Position numbers and translations under genes: made by a program. 64,000 bases of DNA from a virus, in the IMG/VR virus record IMGVR_UViG_3300025133_009446, positions 1 through 64,000 of that record. One strand, given 5' to 3'. Under the pieces are notes generated by a model. The model did no database searches. It saw only the letters and a program-made list of their open reading frames with translations, and had not been told where the DNA came from. Below are positions 48,216-57,675 of the stretch, piece by piece (position 1 is the first letter of the stretch; the number at the start of each line of letters is the position of its first letter).

Positions 48216-49203
48216 AACTTATCCCCAATATGTCATTATACAATTTAGAAGCCCATGCATATGGACTATATAATTTATCAAATTCTCTCTTTGCGCGATC
48301 TGCCATTTTTTGCCTTAATCTAAAGTCTTGTAACTTTAATATACCTTTTTTCCAGCCTTCGTAGTTGTTTGCAATAATCCCGCATTCAGGATCACCCATA
48401 ATATGAAAATTACTAGGAGTAAAATCAGCAATCACAGGGATCCCCAATTGATGGAAAACAAAAGCCCTACCTGCATTAGATTTGTTTTTCATTCTCACTA
48501 TAAAATCCGTGTTATATAAACCAAGATCTGTAGAGGTTTTATGCTTGCTTAAGTCCAATGGTATATGAGTCACATTGGGAACAATACCAATATCGCAACT
48601 TAACAAATCTTGTTTTATGGTTTTAATGTTCCACGGTTTCATAATAATGTTTTCAATATTTGGTTTTCCAACCTTCCATTTAAATGATGTGTTGGACGTC
48701 ACAACAAACAATTCTATATCACACGCTTTGTTAACCTCTTCTATAGCTCTTTTAAGATTAGGCGCAAACTTGCTTAAATGCGGATAATGTCCATGAAAAC
48801 CTATCCTTAACCTAGATTTCTTAGAATGAGTTTTATAGTCATCGCCTTGATACATTTTTTCAATCAAAGGAAAAAGGAACACATTCTTATAATGAGATAA
48901 ACTATCCATCTCTTCTATGGAGCCAACAATTACAAAGTCTATTGGTAGGTTTCTAGCGTCGGCTGCCAAATTTATAACACCCACTTTCTTATTTGGATAT
49001 GCTTTCTTAATGCCAATGGCAGTTGCAACATCGTTTTTGCCGCAGATAACAACATCATAATCTAATACATCTGTCTTATTGGTTGCTATCTCAGATTGAT
49101 ATCCACAATCACGAAAATAATCATTTAAATCATTAACCCAAATTCTATAAGAACCAACGCTAATATCACGGTTGTTGGAAACAAACAAAACTTTCATAAT
49201 CAT
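48208..49203 (-). CDS. GT-B (GT4-like) glycosyltransferase
   Basis: GSYRI, IGFHG, DIGIVP, KSNAGR...LGIPVIAD. Confidence 0.7.
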   Translation of the reverse strand: MIMKVLFVSNNRDISVGSYRIWVNDLNDYFRDCGYQSEIATNKTDVLDYDVVICGKNDVATAIGIKKAYPNKKVGVINLAADARNLPIDFVIVGSIEEMDSLSHYKNVFLFPLIEKMYQGDDYKTHSKKSRLRIGFHGHYPHLSKFAPNLKRAIEEVNKACDIELFVVTSNTSFKWKVGKPNIENIIMKPWNIKTIKQDLLSCDIGIVPNVTHIPLDLSKHKTSTDLGLYNTDFIVRMKNKSNAGRAFVFHQLGIPVIADFTPSNFHIMGDPECGIIANNYEGWKKGILKLQDFRLRQKMADRAKREFDKLYSPYAWASKLYNDILGISYE

Positions 49204-49349
49204 AACTTTCCATAAATCACGACTTGATGATTCGGATTTCCACTAGCAGCATTTGGAACTATTAATTCATTAAGATTTAGAATAGCCTTTTCTTCTAAAG
49301 TAGAATGTTTTTCCCATTCAACCCATGATAATATTTCTGCATTATTCAT
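49200..49349 (-). CDS. 49-aa small ORF coupled to both neighbours (or a gene remnant)
   Basis: Not in the ORF track. MNNAEILSWVEWEKHSTLEEKAILNLNELIVPNAASGNPNHQVVIYGKL; overlaps the upstream stop and the downstream ATG. Confidence 0.5.
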   Translation of the reverse strand: MNNAEILSWVEWEKHSTLEEKAILNLNELIVPNAASGNPNHQVVIYGKL

Positions 49350-50256
49350 TAATTGTCTCTTTTATAAAGTTCCTGTACTTCTCTGCAACTGTTTTCATAT
49401 TATAATCTACTTCAATATTATTTTTCACCTTTTTATAAAAATCCATCTTAGGTGGTTTATATAACTCAACCGGCTCAAAATCCCACTCATCTTCTTCAAT
49501 TACAACCGCATCTAATCCAGCTATTTCTTTTGTTCCACCAGCAGAAGAACATATAATTTGGCACCCGCTAGCGCGTGCATCAACAACCACGTTAGGACAA
49601 TGATCGAGCCAAGCCAAATGGATAAAATAATCTGCGCGTTTATAGAGAGCGGTAAGATACCTTATGTTTAGTTCGCCAACATAAAAAAGATTAGGAGTTC
49701 TCGCAATTTTTGCTTGTTCAAGATATTCAAGGTTTCCTCCAGCAACAACCAAACAATCATTTTTCGAAGAATGCTTTAAAAAATATTTGATATTTTCATT
49801 CAACCTTTTGTGAGGACGCCAAGACGAAGCACAACACCAAACATGTTCGTAATTATCCAGCATCCCTCGCAAGGGCTTGATTGATTCAATATGCTCTACA
49901 TCAGCACCATTGTGTATGACAGTAGAATTCTTGTGTTCTCCAAAATATTTAGTTATAAGCTGTTTGTTGAACTCAGACTGAAATATAACCCCATCTGCAT
50001 TATCATAAGTTCTCTTTATATTTCTATTCTGCTTTTTATAGTCTTGTGCCTTATTAAAGTAGATTCCATCTAACCTCTGGAATAGCGGCACATCATCAAA
50101 CTGTCTTCTTTGAGATTCTATAAAACACAACCTAGCATCTGGCTTTTTAGAGCCATCGGTGTCCGCATCTATATATTTAATCAATTTAGAAGCGAAGTGG
50201 TTTGGTCCAGAGGTGCTCTGTGTGTTGACATTTTCAAAATGAATATTCATATTCAT
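49342..50256 (-). CDS. GT4 glycosyltransferase
   Basis: SGPNHF, QRLDG, IFQS, IHNG, WRPHKRL, DHCPNVVVDA. Likely start 50256 (ATGA overlap; track start 50280). Confidence 0.8.
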   Translation of the reverse strand: MNMNIHFENVNTQSTSGPNHFASKLIKYIDADTDGSKKPDARLCFIESQRRQFDDVPLFQRLDGIYFNKAQDYKKQNRNIKRTYDNADGVIFQSEFNKQLITKYFGEHKNSTVIHNGADVEHIESIKPLRGMLDNYEHVWCCASSWRPHKRLNENIKYFLKHSSKNDCLVVAGGNLEYLEQAKIARTPNLFYVGELNIRYLTALYKRADYFIHLAWLDHCPNVVVDARASGCQIICSSAGGTKEIAGLDAVVIEEDEWDFEPVELYKPPKMDFYKKVKNNIEVDYNMKTVAEKYRNFIKETINE

Positions 50257-51212
50257 CCTTTGTAGATTTTTAATGCCCAAAAGGCAGGATTTTCTATCTC
50301 TTTTTGCAGATCTGTTAATAACGCAGCGTGCAGCAATTCTCTATATTGTTCAGGATTAGAATTTCTTTTATCCCCCAAATTATCTAAATATATTGGCTTT
50401 GTAATGTAGTCAAAGTGCAATTTATTAGAAGCCTCTCCGCATATTTTATATAATTCTACATCACAATCACTAAACAAGTCAACTATTTTATTTATTGCAA
50501 AATCTCCATATTGTCTATATCCGTGCAAAAGGTATAAATCAAGAGAAGCTGGACCTGGGAAAAGGTGCACTTGTATACAAGGCTCGTCCTTTTGATACAT
50601 AAACTTCTTTAACTGCTTAAATGTACCTAAATCGTTTTTTATATGTTCAATCGCAGACTGAGACATGAGAAAGTTTATATTTGTTGGGATATCAAATATT
50701 GCATCACTATCTAGATTTGCCTGTTCGAAGCTTACATTAATATCCTTTTCCTTACCCCAGCTAATGTTGTCATGCCACTTAGGAGATTGATATATATCCA
50801 AGCCCTTATATGAAGTTATAATGCCATTAGACCAATTCTGCAGTTTCTTGCAATACCCACCGGTACCGCAACCAATATCCAATATATTGACTTCTCCTAA
50901 ATTTTTCTTTATATCACCCCAAGGCAAGTTCATCCAAAACATGTCACCCATAGCTCTGCTAGGTGATGGGGTACCCTTTATTTTGTTCCAAAAATTATTA
51001 AATTTTTCTTTTTCTAAAGTAAAGTCTGTGCTCAACAATTTATCTGTTAGCAATTTGTTGCTTATATGATTCCACAACAAATACAAAGTTTTTTCTGTTG
51101 AAGATAGTGAAGGACTATCTCCATTTATAGAGTGAATGGATGTCGACATGTCATCCTGTAGTCCGACACTATAATTTTCAATTAAAAAATTAAAATTGTT
51201 ATATTCTTTCAT
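50253..51212 (-). CDS. Class I SAM-dependent methyltransferase
   Basis: ILDIGCGTG, GLDI, SQSAIEHI. Confidence 0.8.
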   Translation of the reverse strand: MKEYNNFNFLIENYSVGLQDDMSTSIHSINGDSPSLSSTEKTLYLLWNHISNKLLTDKLLSTDFTLEKEKFNNFWNKIKGTPSPSRAMGDMFWMNLPWGDIKKNLGEVNILDIGCGTGGYCKKLQNWSNGIITSYKGLDIYQSPKWHDNISWGKEKDINVSFEQANLDSDAIFDIPTNINFLMSQSAIEHIKNDLGTFKQLKKFMYQKDEPCIQVHLFPGPASLDLYLLHGYRQYGDFAINKIVDLFSDCDVELYKICGEASNKLHFDYITKPIYLDNLGDKRNSNPEQYRELLHAALLTDLQKEIENPAFWALKIYKG

Positions 51213-52833
51213 ATGATTGCTTACCTCTAATTTCTTGTGCTAACTCAAACTGTTTTTTAGCTTTAATCTTGTCAACATTAAGAGGGTTTTCTTTGTTATA
51301 TACATGAAGCACCTCTGGAATAAATTTGGCGCGTTCTTGAGCCATTTCCAACAGTGGGAGCATTATGGCTTGATCATATGTCATCTCATAATAGTTTCCA
51401 GATGCATCTTTAAGATCTTCATGTTTGATTTGCCTCCACAGCTTGTGCTTAAACGTTCTTAGGTGAGAGGCTCTCCACTGATCTTTTCTATAAGCATTGT
51501 CTCTAATCACCCTTTCTGGGTATTGTGAGGGTTCTGGACCTCTTAAGCCTTCTGGACTAAGTACATAACTCCCATATGTCATCAATGTGTCACCCACATA
51601 CACATTACAAAGTTTAGTTAACGTTCTAGTAGACGCCAACCAATCATCACCATCCAACAAGATTATCACATCATCATCGTCGCAATTAGTCTGTTCGATC
51701 CCTAGCACGATATTGGCAAGAGCATACTTCTTTTCACTATTCTCTATCAAAGAAAATCGCGCATCTCCTTCTATACTACGTTTAACTACTTCAACAGATT
51801 TATCTGTTGAAATGTCATCAATTAAGACACAATCAAATTTCTCATATTTTTGTCTTTTAAGACTTCCTATGGTTTTAGATATCCACTCTTCACAGTTGTA
51901 AAATGGGATTATAAATTTAAATTTTGGAGGGTTGGGGTTTTCAACAGCTTCACAAACTGGTATATTTGTAGATTGCTGCGCCGTTTTTTCTATTTCATTC
52001 CAAAATCTTTTAGTACTCTTCCTTAGATATTTTATGGCGCTATGTTTGTTGGTGAACCAATCTTCATCTTTATGTTGTACATGCTCATTCAATATCATCT
52101 CACAGTCCAACAATTTAGCTTCAATCGTCATTCTTGGACATGTATCATCAGCGCGGGGAAAGAAGATGATACCTTTTGATTTTGCCAATTTTTCTAGAAG
52201 ATCAAAATGTTCAAGTCCCCAAACCAATTCATAATTTAAATTATTCTCTACAGCATACTCTACAGCGTCTTCAACGCCCTTAACCCATGATTTAGAATTC
52301 AATATCAACCACGTATCTTCTTTGTTAGAAGTGTCCAAAGACTCTATATAATCCAAAGTTTTATCTGCAAAAACAGAACTTAAAACTCTATTATTATCAT
52401 TTCTTAAAAAAGGATACTCTGATTGGTAGATCTCTAATTGTTTGTGAGACATCCACCATGTAATATCTGCATTATACAAAAACATAGAAATTAATTTTGC
52501 CATGGAGTGCGTAGAACAATCACATTCACCTTCTTCTGACTTGTGTTTCCCTGGAGATCTAAACCGGCAATATTTATAATCATATTCTAATACGCTATAG
52601 TTTAAATTCTTAGTTGCGTACATTAGACACTCAGCTGAAACTAGAGAAAAATTACCAAACACCCAAAATGCGTGTTTATATTCTTTCATAATAGATAACA
52701 ACTTTGGATTAAATGAATTGAGCCTGGTGAACCCACAAGGAAAGAGAGAGCTTTTAATTATAGCTCGCGTTGTTAGCTCGGCACCGCCTTTATTATACTG
52801 TTCTCCGAAAAGATCAGATACAAATATTATCAC
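51199..52833 (-). CDS. Bifunctional glycosyltransferase: N-terminal GT-B-like domain plus C-terminal GT2 domain
   Basis: GGAEL...KG...DTCPRMTIEAKL (GT-B); IIPFYN, IDDISTD, LDGDDW (GT2). Confidence 0.8.
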   Translation of the reverse strand: MIIFVSDLFGEQYNKGGAELTTRAIIKSSLFPCGFTRLNSFNPKLLSIMKEYKHAFWVFGNFSLVSAECLMYATKNLNYSVLEYDYKYCRFRSPGKHKSEEGECDCSTHSMAKLISMFLYNADITWWMSHKQLEIYQSEYPFLRNDNNRVLSSVFADKTLDYIESLDTSNKEDTWLILNSKSWVKGVEDAVEYAVENNLNYELVWGLEHFDLLEKLAKSKGIIFFPRADDTCPRMTIEAKLLDCEMILNEHVQHKDEDWFTNKHSAIKYLRKSTKRFWNEIEKTAQQSTNIPVCEAVENPNPPKFKFIIPFYNCEEWISKTIGSLKRQKYEKFDCVLIDDISTDKSVEVVKRSIEGDARFSLIENSEKKYALANIVLGIEQTNCDDDDVIILLDGDDWLASTRTLTKLCNVYVGDTLMTYGSYVLSPEGLRGPEPSQYPERVIRDNAYRKDQWRASHLRTFKHKLWRQIKHEDLKDASGNYYEMTYDQAIMLPLLEMAQERAKFIPEVLHVYNKENPLNVDKIKAKKQFELAQEIRGKQSYERI

Positions 52834-52835
52834 TT

Positions 52836-54119
52836 TTACTCACTCTTTTGTAATAATTCATCAAACATTGTATTTATCTCATCTTCAACAGATTCTTGAG
52901 AATCAAATATGTTTACAGAATCGATTGATTCTACAAATTTGCTATATTGTTTCTTTTCAGAGAAATTCTCTAATACCCACGATTGCAAGTCCTTGGCTTG
53001 TTTTTTAAATCTGCCAAAATCTTTATATACTTCGCGCAGTCTCATCTTATAGCTCCCTTGCTGCGGGTAGCACCACATTGAATCTTCCTCTAACACGCTT
53101 TTCCACACAGCCTCTTTCTGAATAGGCTTCAAATCGTATTCAACACGAACAAAGTGTGGCTTATTCTTAATTCTTCCTTTTTTGTCTTTTACAGGCATAG
53201 TAAGAAAATCTGTGTATCCACTCCATTCTGGAGCTATAACTGGTAATCCTGAATATGCAGCCTCAAAGTGCGGCAAGCCAAAACCCTCACCGTGACTTAA
53301 AGAAATAAAAGCCTTTATTTTAGGGTGCTTGTAAAGAGAATGCATTTCTTGTTCTTTCAAATCGCCATGTAATAAATAAATTTTACATTTTCTATCTTTA
53401 TATTTTTCTAAAATTGTTTGCAAAGAATTGGTTACTGACTTTCTGTCTAATACAGATCCTCCCTTCTTAAACGTCTTAACAACCAAACCAACTTCTGGAT
53501 TGTCAAAAAACTCCTCAACAAACCACTTAACAGTGTTCGGCATATTTTTTCTTGGTCCCCACTGTGCCACGGTTAAAAAGTTAAAAGGAGTGTCAAGTTT
53601 AAAATCTAAATCAATCTTTTTATATTTTTTAACTGGGTAATGCACAACATCGATTGGAACAGAGTTTTGTAGAAGCAGCTTTTCTCCTGTTTCGTTATTT
53701 ACTGCTTCATATGCTGTATTGTCAAATACATTTTTAGAATGGTTTGAAACCACAACCATTCTATCAACTTCATGAGTCTTCTGGATCCAATCAGGGGATA
53801 CTCTGGTTGTCTCTATACCCGCAGTAACTCCAATATTAACAGGAGCCATTTTTTGCCATTCATTTGGAATTGTCACTTGTATGCTAGCATCATAAGTACC
53901 ATTTTTATGTTGATAGAGTGCTGTCTTCTTTATTAAAGCGTCTAACCATTGTCTTTCCTCATTATCTTCCCAAATCCAATTGGACTTTCCCCAAGTTACA
54001 GGCATTACATAAATATCATATCTATCTTCTACCGTTCTCAAAGAGCGTAAAACAAATCTAGCATGCTCCCCATATCCAGTTCTAGTTAATACCGGTCCTC
54101 TAACTATTATTTTTTTCAT
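52836..54119 (-). CDS. GT4 glycosyltransferase
   Basis: TGYGEHAR, RKN, SHGEGFGLPHFEAAYSGLPVI. Confidence 0.88.
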   Translation of the reverse strand: MKKIIVRGPVLTRTGYGEHARFVLRSLRTVEDRYDIYVMPVTWGKSNWIWEDNEERQWLDALIKKTALYQHKNGTYDASIQVTIPNEWQKMAPVNIGVTAGIETTRVSPDWIQKTHEVDRMVVVSNHSKNVFDNTAYEAVNNETGEKLLLQNSVPIDVVHYPVKKYKKIDLDFKLDTPFNFLTVAQWGPRKNMPNTVKWFVEEFFDNPEVGLVVKTFKKGGSVLDRKSVTNSLQTILEKYKDRKCKIYLLHGDLKEQEMHSLYKHPKIKAFISLSHGEGFGLPHFEAAYSGLPVIAPEWSGYTDFLTMPVKDKKGRIKNKPHFVRVEYDLKPIQKEAVWKSVLEEDSMWCYPQQGSYKMRLREVYKDFGRFKKQAKDLQSWVLENFSEKKQYSKFVESIDSVNIFDSQESVEDEINTMFDELLQKSE

Positions 54120-55429
54120 TTAAGCTCCTCTAAATGCCAGTTAGCATAGCCCCGGCGAGTCTCCCACGAACCCAATTCAGTATGAAGGTTTGTAAGTAGT
54201 TCATCCCATGTTTTTACATATTTTGCAAAATTATAGTTTTCAACTACGTGTTGTCTTCCTTTTGCGCCAAGCTGCTCTCTTTCTTCGGACTTCATTTCAT
54301 ATATTTTTATCAGCGCATTAATGAAATCATCTTCATTAATTCTATCTTCTCTAATCCATGGAATTTCTTGTGAACCAATGATCGACTTTGAGGATGGTTC
54401 AATCCCAATACCAAACCAATTTTCTCCATCTGTCACTTGCTCTTGCAAACCGCCTGTCATATTAACAACAATAGGCACCTCACATGATAGAGATTCCAGA
54501 GTAGATAAACCAAACCCTTCAGCATCTGATATATTGATCGTGCAGTCGACTGCGTTATAAAATCCAGCTAGCTGTTCTGGTGGCATTTTTTGAGTTGAAA
54601 ACAGTACTTGTCCATCTTGTAGTTCCAAGTGTTCAACAATCTTAATAAGATCCTGTCCATGATGATCTTTGGGTTCTGTGTGCATTATTAACGTTGCTTT
54701 ATCATGTCCAACCTTATCTAAAAATTTCTTAAACCAAAATAATAAACTACCACTTTGTTTACGTCTGGCGTTTCTATTGTTCCAAAAGCAAATAAATTTG
54801 TTTTGTATGTCGTCTTCTTCTAGATCTGGAAAGATGCTATACATCTCTTTTCTTGCATTAGACTTAGAATAGTTTGAATCATTTTTTAAATTTCGAAATA
54901 TATCTGAATTTACAGCATGAGGCACGTATTGACTCATAACATTTGGAGCGACAGTTTTTACAATATCATCAGTAACTTTAGAGATTGCAGCAATAAAATC
55001 ATTTGACTCATAATATGCCTTATTATATGTGGGGTAAGGATAGTTGTCCCATACATGATAATAAACCATCGGCATAAGAGGACGGATTTCATTTTCCATT
55101 TCCCACAACCACCCCCAAAAGCGAGGATCTGTCATAAACCAAAGAATATCAGGCTTCTCATTACGAATCATAGATCTGACTATCTCTTGATTCCCATATC
55201 CTTCAACAGGAAATATTACCCAATCATCTTTGTACTCTTCCGTTTTGATGGGCTTATTATGAGGGTGCTTAATAGCTCCACCTAAGCTAATTACCTTATA
55301 TTTGCCGGTACGTAAAAGCCCCTCAATAACATACCTAGTTTGAGTGCCCACACCAGATGGAGACAACGGCATGTCGCTTATTGTCATTATTTTAATTTTT
55401 TTCAATGTACTTCTCCAATTTATGGACAA
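54116..55429 (-). CDS. GT4 glycosyltransferase
   Basis: SGVG, PHAV, RNARRK, EGFGLSTLESL...PIVV...GG. True start may be TTG at 55405 after GGAG. Confidence 0.88.
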   Translation of the reverse strand: MSINWRSTLKKIKIMTISDMPLSPSGVGTQTRYVIEGLLRTGKYKVISLGGAIKHPHNKPIKTEEYKDDWVIFPVEGYGNQEIVRSMIRNEKPDILWFMTDPRFWGWLWEMENEIRPLMPMVYYHVWDNYPYPTYNKAYYESNDFIAAISKVTDDIVKTVAPNVMSQYVPHAVNSDIFRNLKNDSNYSKSNARKEMYSIFPDLEEDDIQNKFICFWNNRNARRKQSGSLLFWFKKFLDKVGHDKATLIMHTEPKDHHGQDLIKIVEHLELQDGQVLFSTQKMPPEQLAGFYNAVDCTINISDAEGFGLSTLESLSCEVPIVVNMTGGLQEQVTDGENWFGIGIEPSSKSIIGSQEIPWIREDRINEDDFINALIKIYEMKSEEREQLGAKGRQHVVENYNFAKYVKTWDELLTNLHTELGSWETRRGYANWHLEELK

Positions 55430-56199
55430 TGTTTTGTTTTGTAAAATTCACAACCATAGCCTCTCGTACAAGAGAGCTTGTTCTTAATAAAGTTTTTACT
55501 TTTTATATTATACAAAGCTTTGTATAATAAATTAAGGGCATTTTTAATCTTTTTATTGCCACTAGTGACTCTAAAAATTTCAATATTGTTCTTTTTTGCC
55601 GTTCTCTTTAATAGGGCAAAATGAGTTTCAACAGTACTAGGATCTAAATTGTGTTTCTTGCAGAAAAAATGCTTATAAAAAGTTAACTGGTAGGTTGTCA
55701 TCCTTTCGGCTTTTCTTCTAGAATCCCAACCCCACGAACATGTCTTCCAATCTATAACGTGATATTTACCATCAGGAGTTTGTACAACCAAGTCCACAAA
55801 ACCTTTAAATTGATATTCAGATTCATTTTCTATGGGCTCATACAACTGCTCTTCTACGGAATAAACCTTATATGAACCAAAGTAGTCCTTAAGGGCTGGT
55901 AGTACATAATCAATTAATATACCGCCTTGATCCTTCATCTTCTTAATCAAGTCGATATTTAGAGCATTTTCATCTGGCAATTTCTTAAGATTATCTCTAA
56001 ACTCAGTTAAAAAATATATTTTTGCTTTCTCTTGAAATTTGGCTTCTGTAACCAGCCTTTCACACGTACTGTGCATGGCGGTGCCAAAAGCAGTATATTC
56101 ATTACCTTCAAAGCTTGTTACATTGTCTATATATGCTAATTTATGCTTCCAGGCACACTCATTCCATATTTTAAGCTCTGAAAACGAAACATGACTCAT
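55420..56199 (-). CDS. PD-(D/E)XK exonuclease, RecB/Cas4-like
   Basis: SFSEL...C, GTAMH, E...FKGFVD...IDWKT, QLTFY, and a C-terminal C..C..C cluster. Confidence 0.85.
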   Translation of the reverse strand: MSHVSFSELKIWNECAWKHKLAYIDNVTSFEGNEYTAFGTAMHSTCERLVTEAKFQEKAKIYFLTEFRDNLKKLPDENALNIDLIKKMKDQGGILIDYVLPALKDYFGSYKVYSVEEQLYEPIENESEYQFKGFVDLVVQTPDGKYHVIDWKTCSWGWDSRRKAERMTTYQLTFYKHFFCKKHNLDPSTVETHFALLKRTAKKNNIEIFRVTSGNKKIKNALNLLYKALYNIKSKNFIKNKLSCTRGYGCEFYKTKHCP

Positions 56200-56645
56200 T
56201 ATCCACCTTCTTGTGTATTAGTATTCTTTGGATCCAGTGTAACTGTTGTTTTTTCATTTGTCAATGTTTTTTTTGCGCTGGTGCGTGTGCGGGTTGCTAC
56301 AGTTTTTCTAGTGGCTTTTCTAGTGGTTTTTCTAGTGGTTTTTCTAGGAGCATTTACAGTGCGAGTTGTATTTTCATTGTGTCCTTTGGTTGTCCACACC
56401 CACTGCCCTGTTTGACTATTCGGTTGGTGGCTATTAACCTTGGAAGTGCCTGATATTAATCGTTCAGCTTCAATACCTGCACCTAAAAGCACCCTTCTGA
56501 CTGTTGATGCATCAATTTCTATTCGCTTGCTAGCGCTTTTAGCTCCATCATTATATTTAATATTAGCAGTAACCGTTACCGTGCCAGCTTTTTTATCCAC
56601 TGTCCATTTTAAATAACTATCATATTTTCCTTGTTTATAGCTCAT
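56199..56645 (-). CDS. Basic hypothetical protein with a histone-like RKTT repeat tail
   Basis: 148 aa; PRKTTRKTTRKATRKT. Confidence 0.55.
   Translation of the reverse strand: MSYKQGKYDSYLKWTVDKKAGTVTVTANIKYNDGAKSASKRIEIDASTVRRVLLGAGIEAERLISGTSKVNSHQPNSQTGQWVWTTKGHNENTTRTVNAPRKTTRKTTRKATRKTVATRTRTSAKKTLTNEKTTVTLDPKNTNTQEGG
56304..56347. repeat. 12-bp tandem repeat (about 3.5 copies)
   Basis: ttttctagtggY units encoding the RKTT/RKAT repeats. Confidence 0.85.
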
Positions 56646-57319
56646 GTAAGATCTCCTATATTTTCTAATTTATTATATACCGTGGGACTTAGCTTTTTCA
56701 CTAATTGTCTGTTATATAAGTAGTAATGTTCAAAGCAATTAGCAAAATACTCTCGCAAGCTAGTGGCGCCATATGGAGACACAAACAAACCAGAAGTAAA
56801 GCTTTGTAATATATTATACCCAATTTCACGATACAACAGCTCATCAAACTTTTCTGAATATTCAGTATTATAAAAGTCTGTCAAATTTACTTTATACCCT
56901 TCATAATCTAATATTTGATATAGTCTTTTTCTTTTCCCAAGAAATTCCAACTCTATAACGTTATCTCCATATAGATCTTCTCCATATATTTCTTCGGCTG
57001 AATGAGCGATTTCATGTACAATATCATTAACCATGTCATTCGCGTCATCTTGCGCGTTTGAAACATAAATTGCGCCATCTTTATAGGCAGCGTTGGTTTG
57101 ATTTTGAACAAATATATCAAAATGTCCGACATATATCGCATCTATTAAATAAAAGAAGTGCTTCGGTACCGTTTCTTCAATTTTTTTCAGCACTACTTCT
57201 ATATCAACAGTTTCCGGAAGATCGTCCTTAAGAAAAACTAATATGTTGTTAAATAAAAATTTTTCTTTCCTTTCTCTTAAAGCTTTAATAGCAGATTTTT
57301 TAATATAATCTATTCTCAT
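56642..57319 (-). CDS. Putative zinc metallopeptidase-like protein (HEXXH)
   Basis: IVHEIAH plus a distal YGATSLREYFANCF, a gluzincin/lethal-factor-like third-ligand motif. Confidence 0.6.
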   Translation of the reverse strand: MRIDYIKKSAIKALRERKEKFLFNNILVFLKDDLPETVDIEVVLKKIEETVPKHFFYLIDAIYVGHFDIFVQNQTNAAYKDGAIYVSNAQDDANDMVNDIVHEIAHSAEEIYGEDLYGDNVIELEFLGKRKRLYQILDYEGYKVNLTDFYNTEYSEKFDELLYREIGYNILQSFTSGLFVSPYGATSLREYFANCFEHYYLYNRQLVKKLSPTVYNKLENIGDLT

Positions 57320-57632
57320 TGTTTATTTGTAACGTTATTCCTCTTTCATCTAATTGCTTTTGCAAATTTTCCTGCCACTCTTTTTGCGCAATTTCCGCAT
57401 CATTTAACCCCTGCTTGTAGCCTCTAATAAAATTTTCTTCAGCAACAGGCAATAAGAATTCTGGAAATTCCTTAGCCATAACTTGAATTACCATTTCAAC
57501 ATTCACTTCATCATCTTCAGGTTGCAATTTTTCTCCCACATAATTAACCAACCACTTCTTCATCTCATTATCTAAACCAATTGGCTGTAAAATATCTGGT
57601 TTAAAATCTTCCTCTTTCAACGTATCAGTCAT
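57300..57632 (-). CDS. Conserved hypothetical protein
   Basis: 110 aa; AGGAG RBS; EFPEFLLPVAEENFIRGYKQGL. Confidence 0.65.
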   Translation of the reverse strand: MTDTLKEEDFKPDILQPIGLDNEMKKWLVNYVGEKLQPEDDEVNVEMVIQVMAKEFPEFLLPVAEENFIRGYKQGLNDAEIAQKEWQENLQKQLDERGITLQINNENRLY

Positions 57633-57675
57633 AACATTCTCCTGTTTTATATACTAAATTAGTTTCATTTTTAAT

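Noticed and set aside
55420-56199. CRISPR-Cas system suggested by the Cas4-like nuclease
   Set aside because: I saw no repeat-spacer array and no other cas genes. Solo Cas4/RecB-like nucleases are common in phages.
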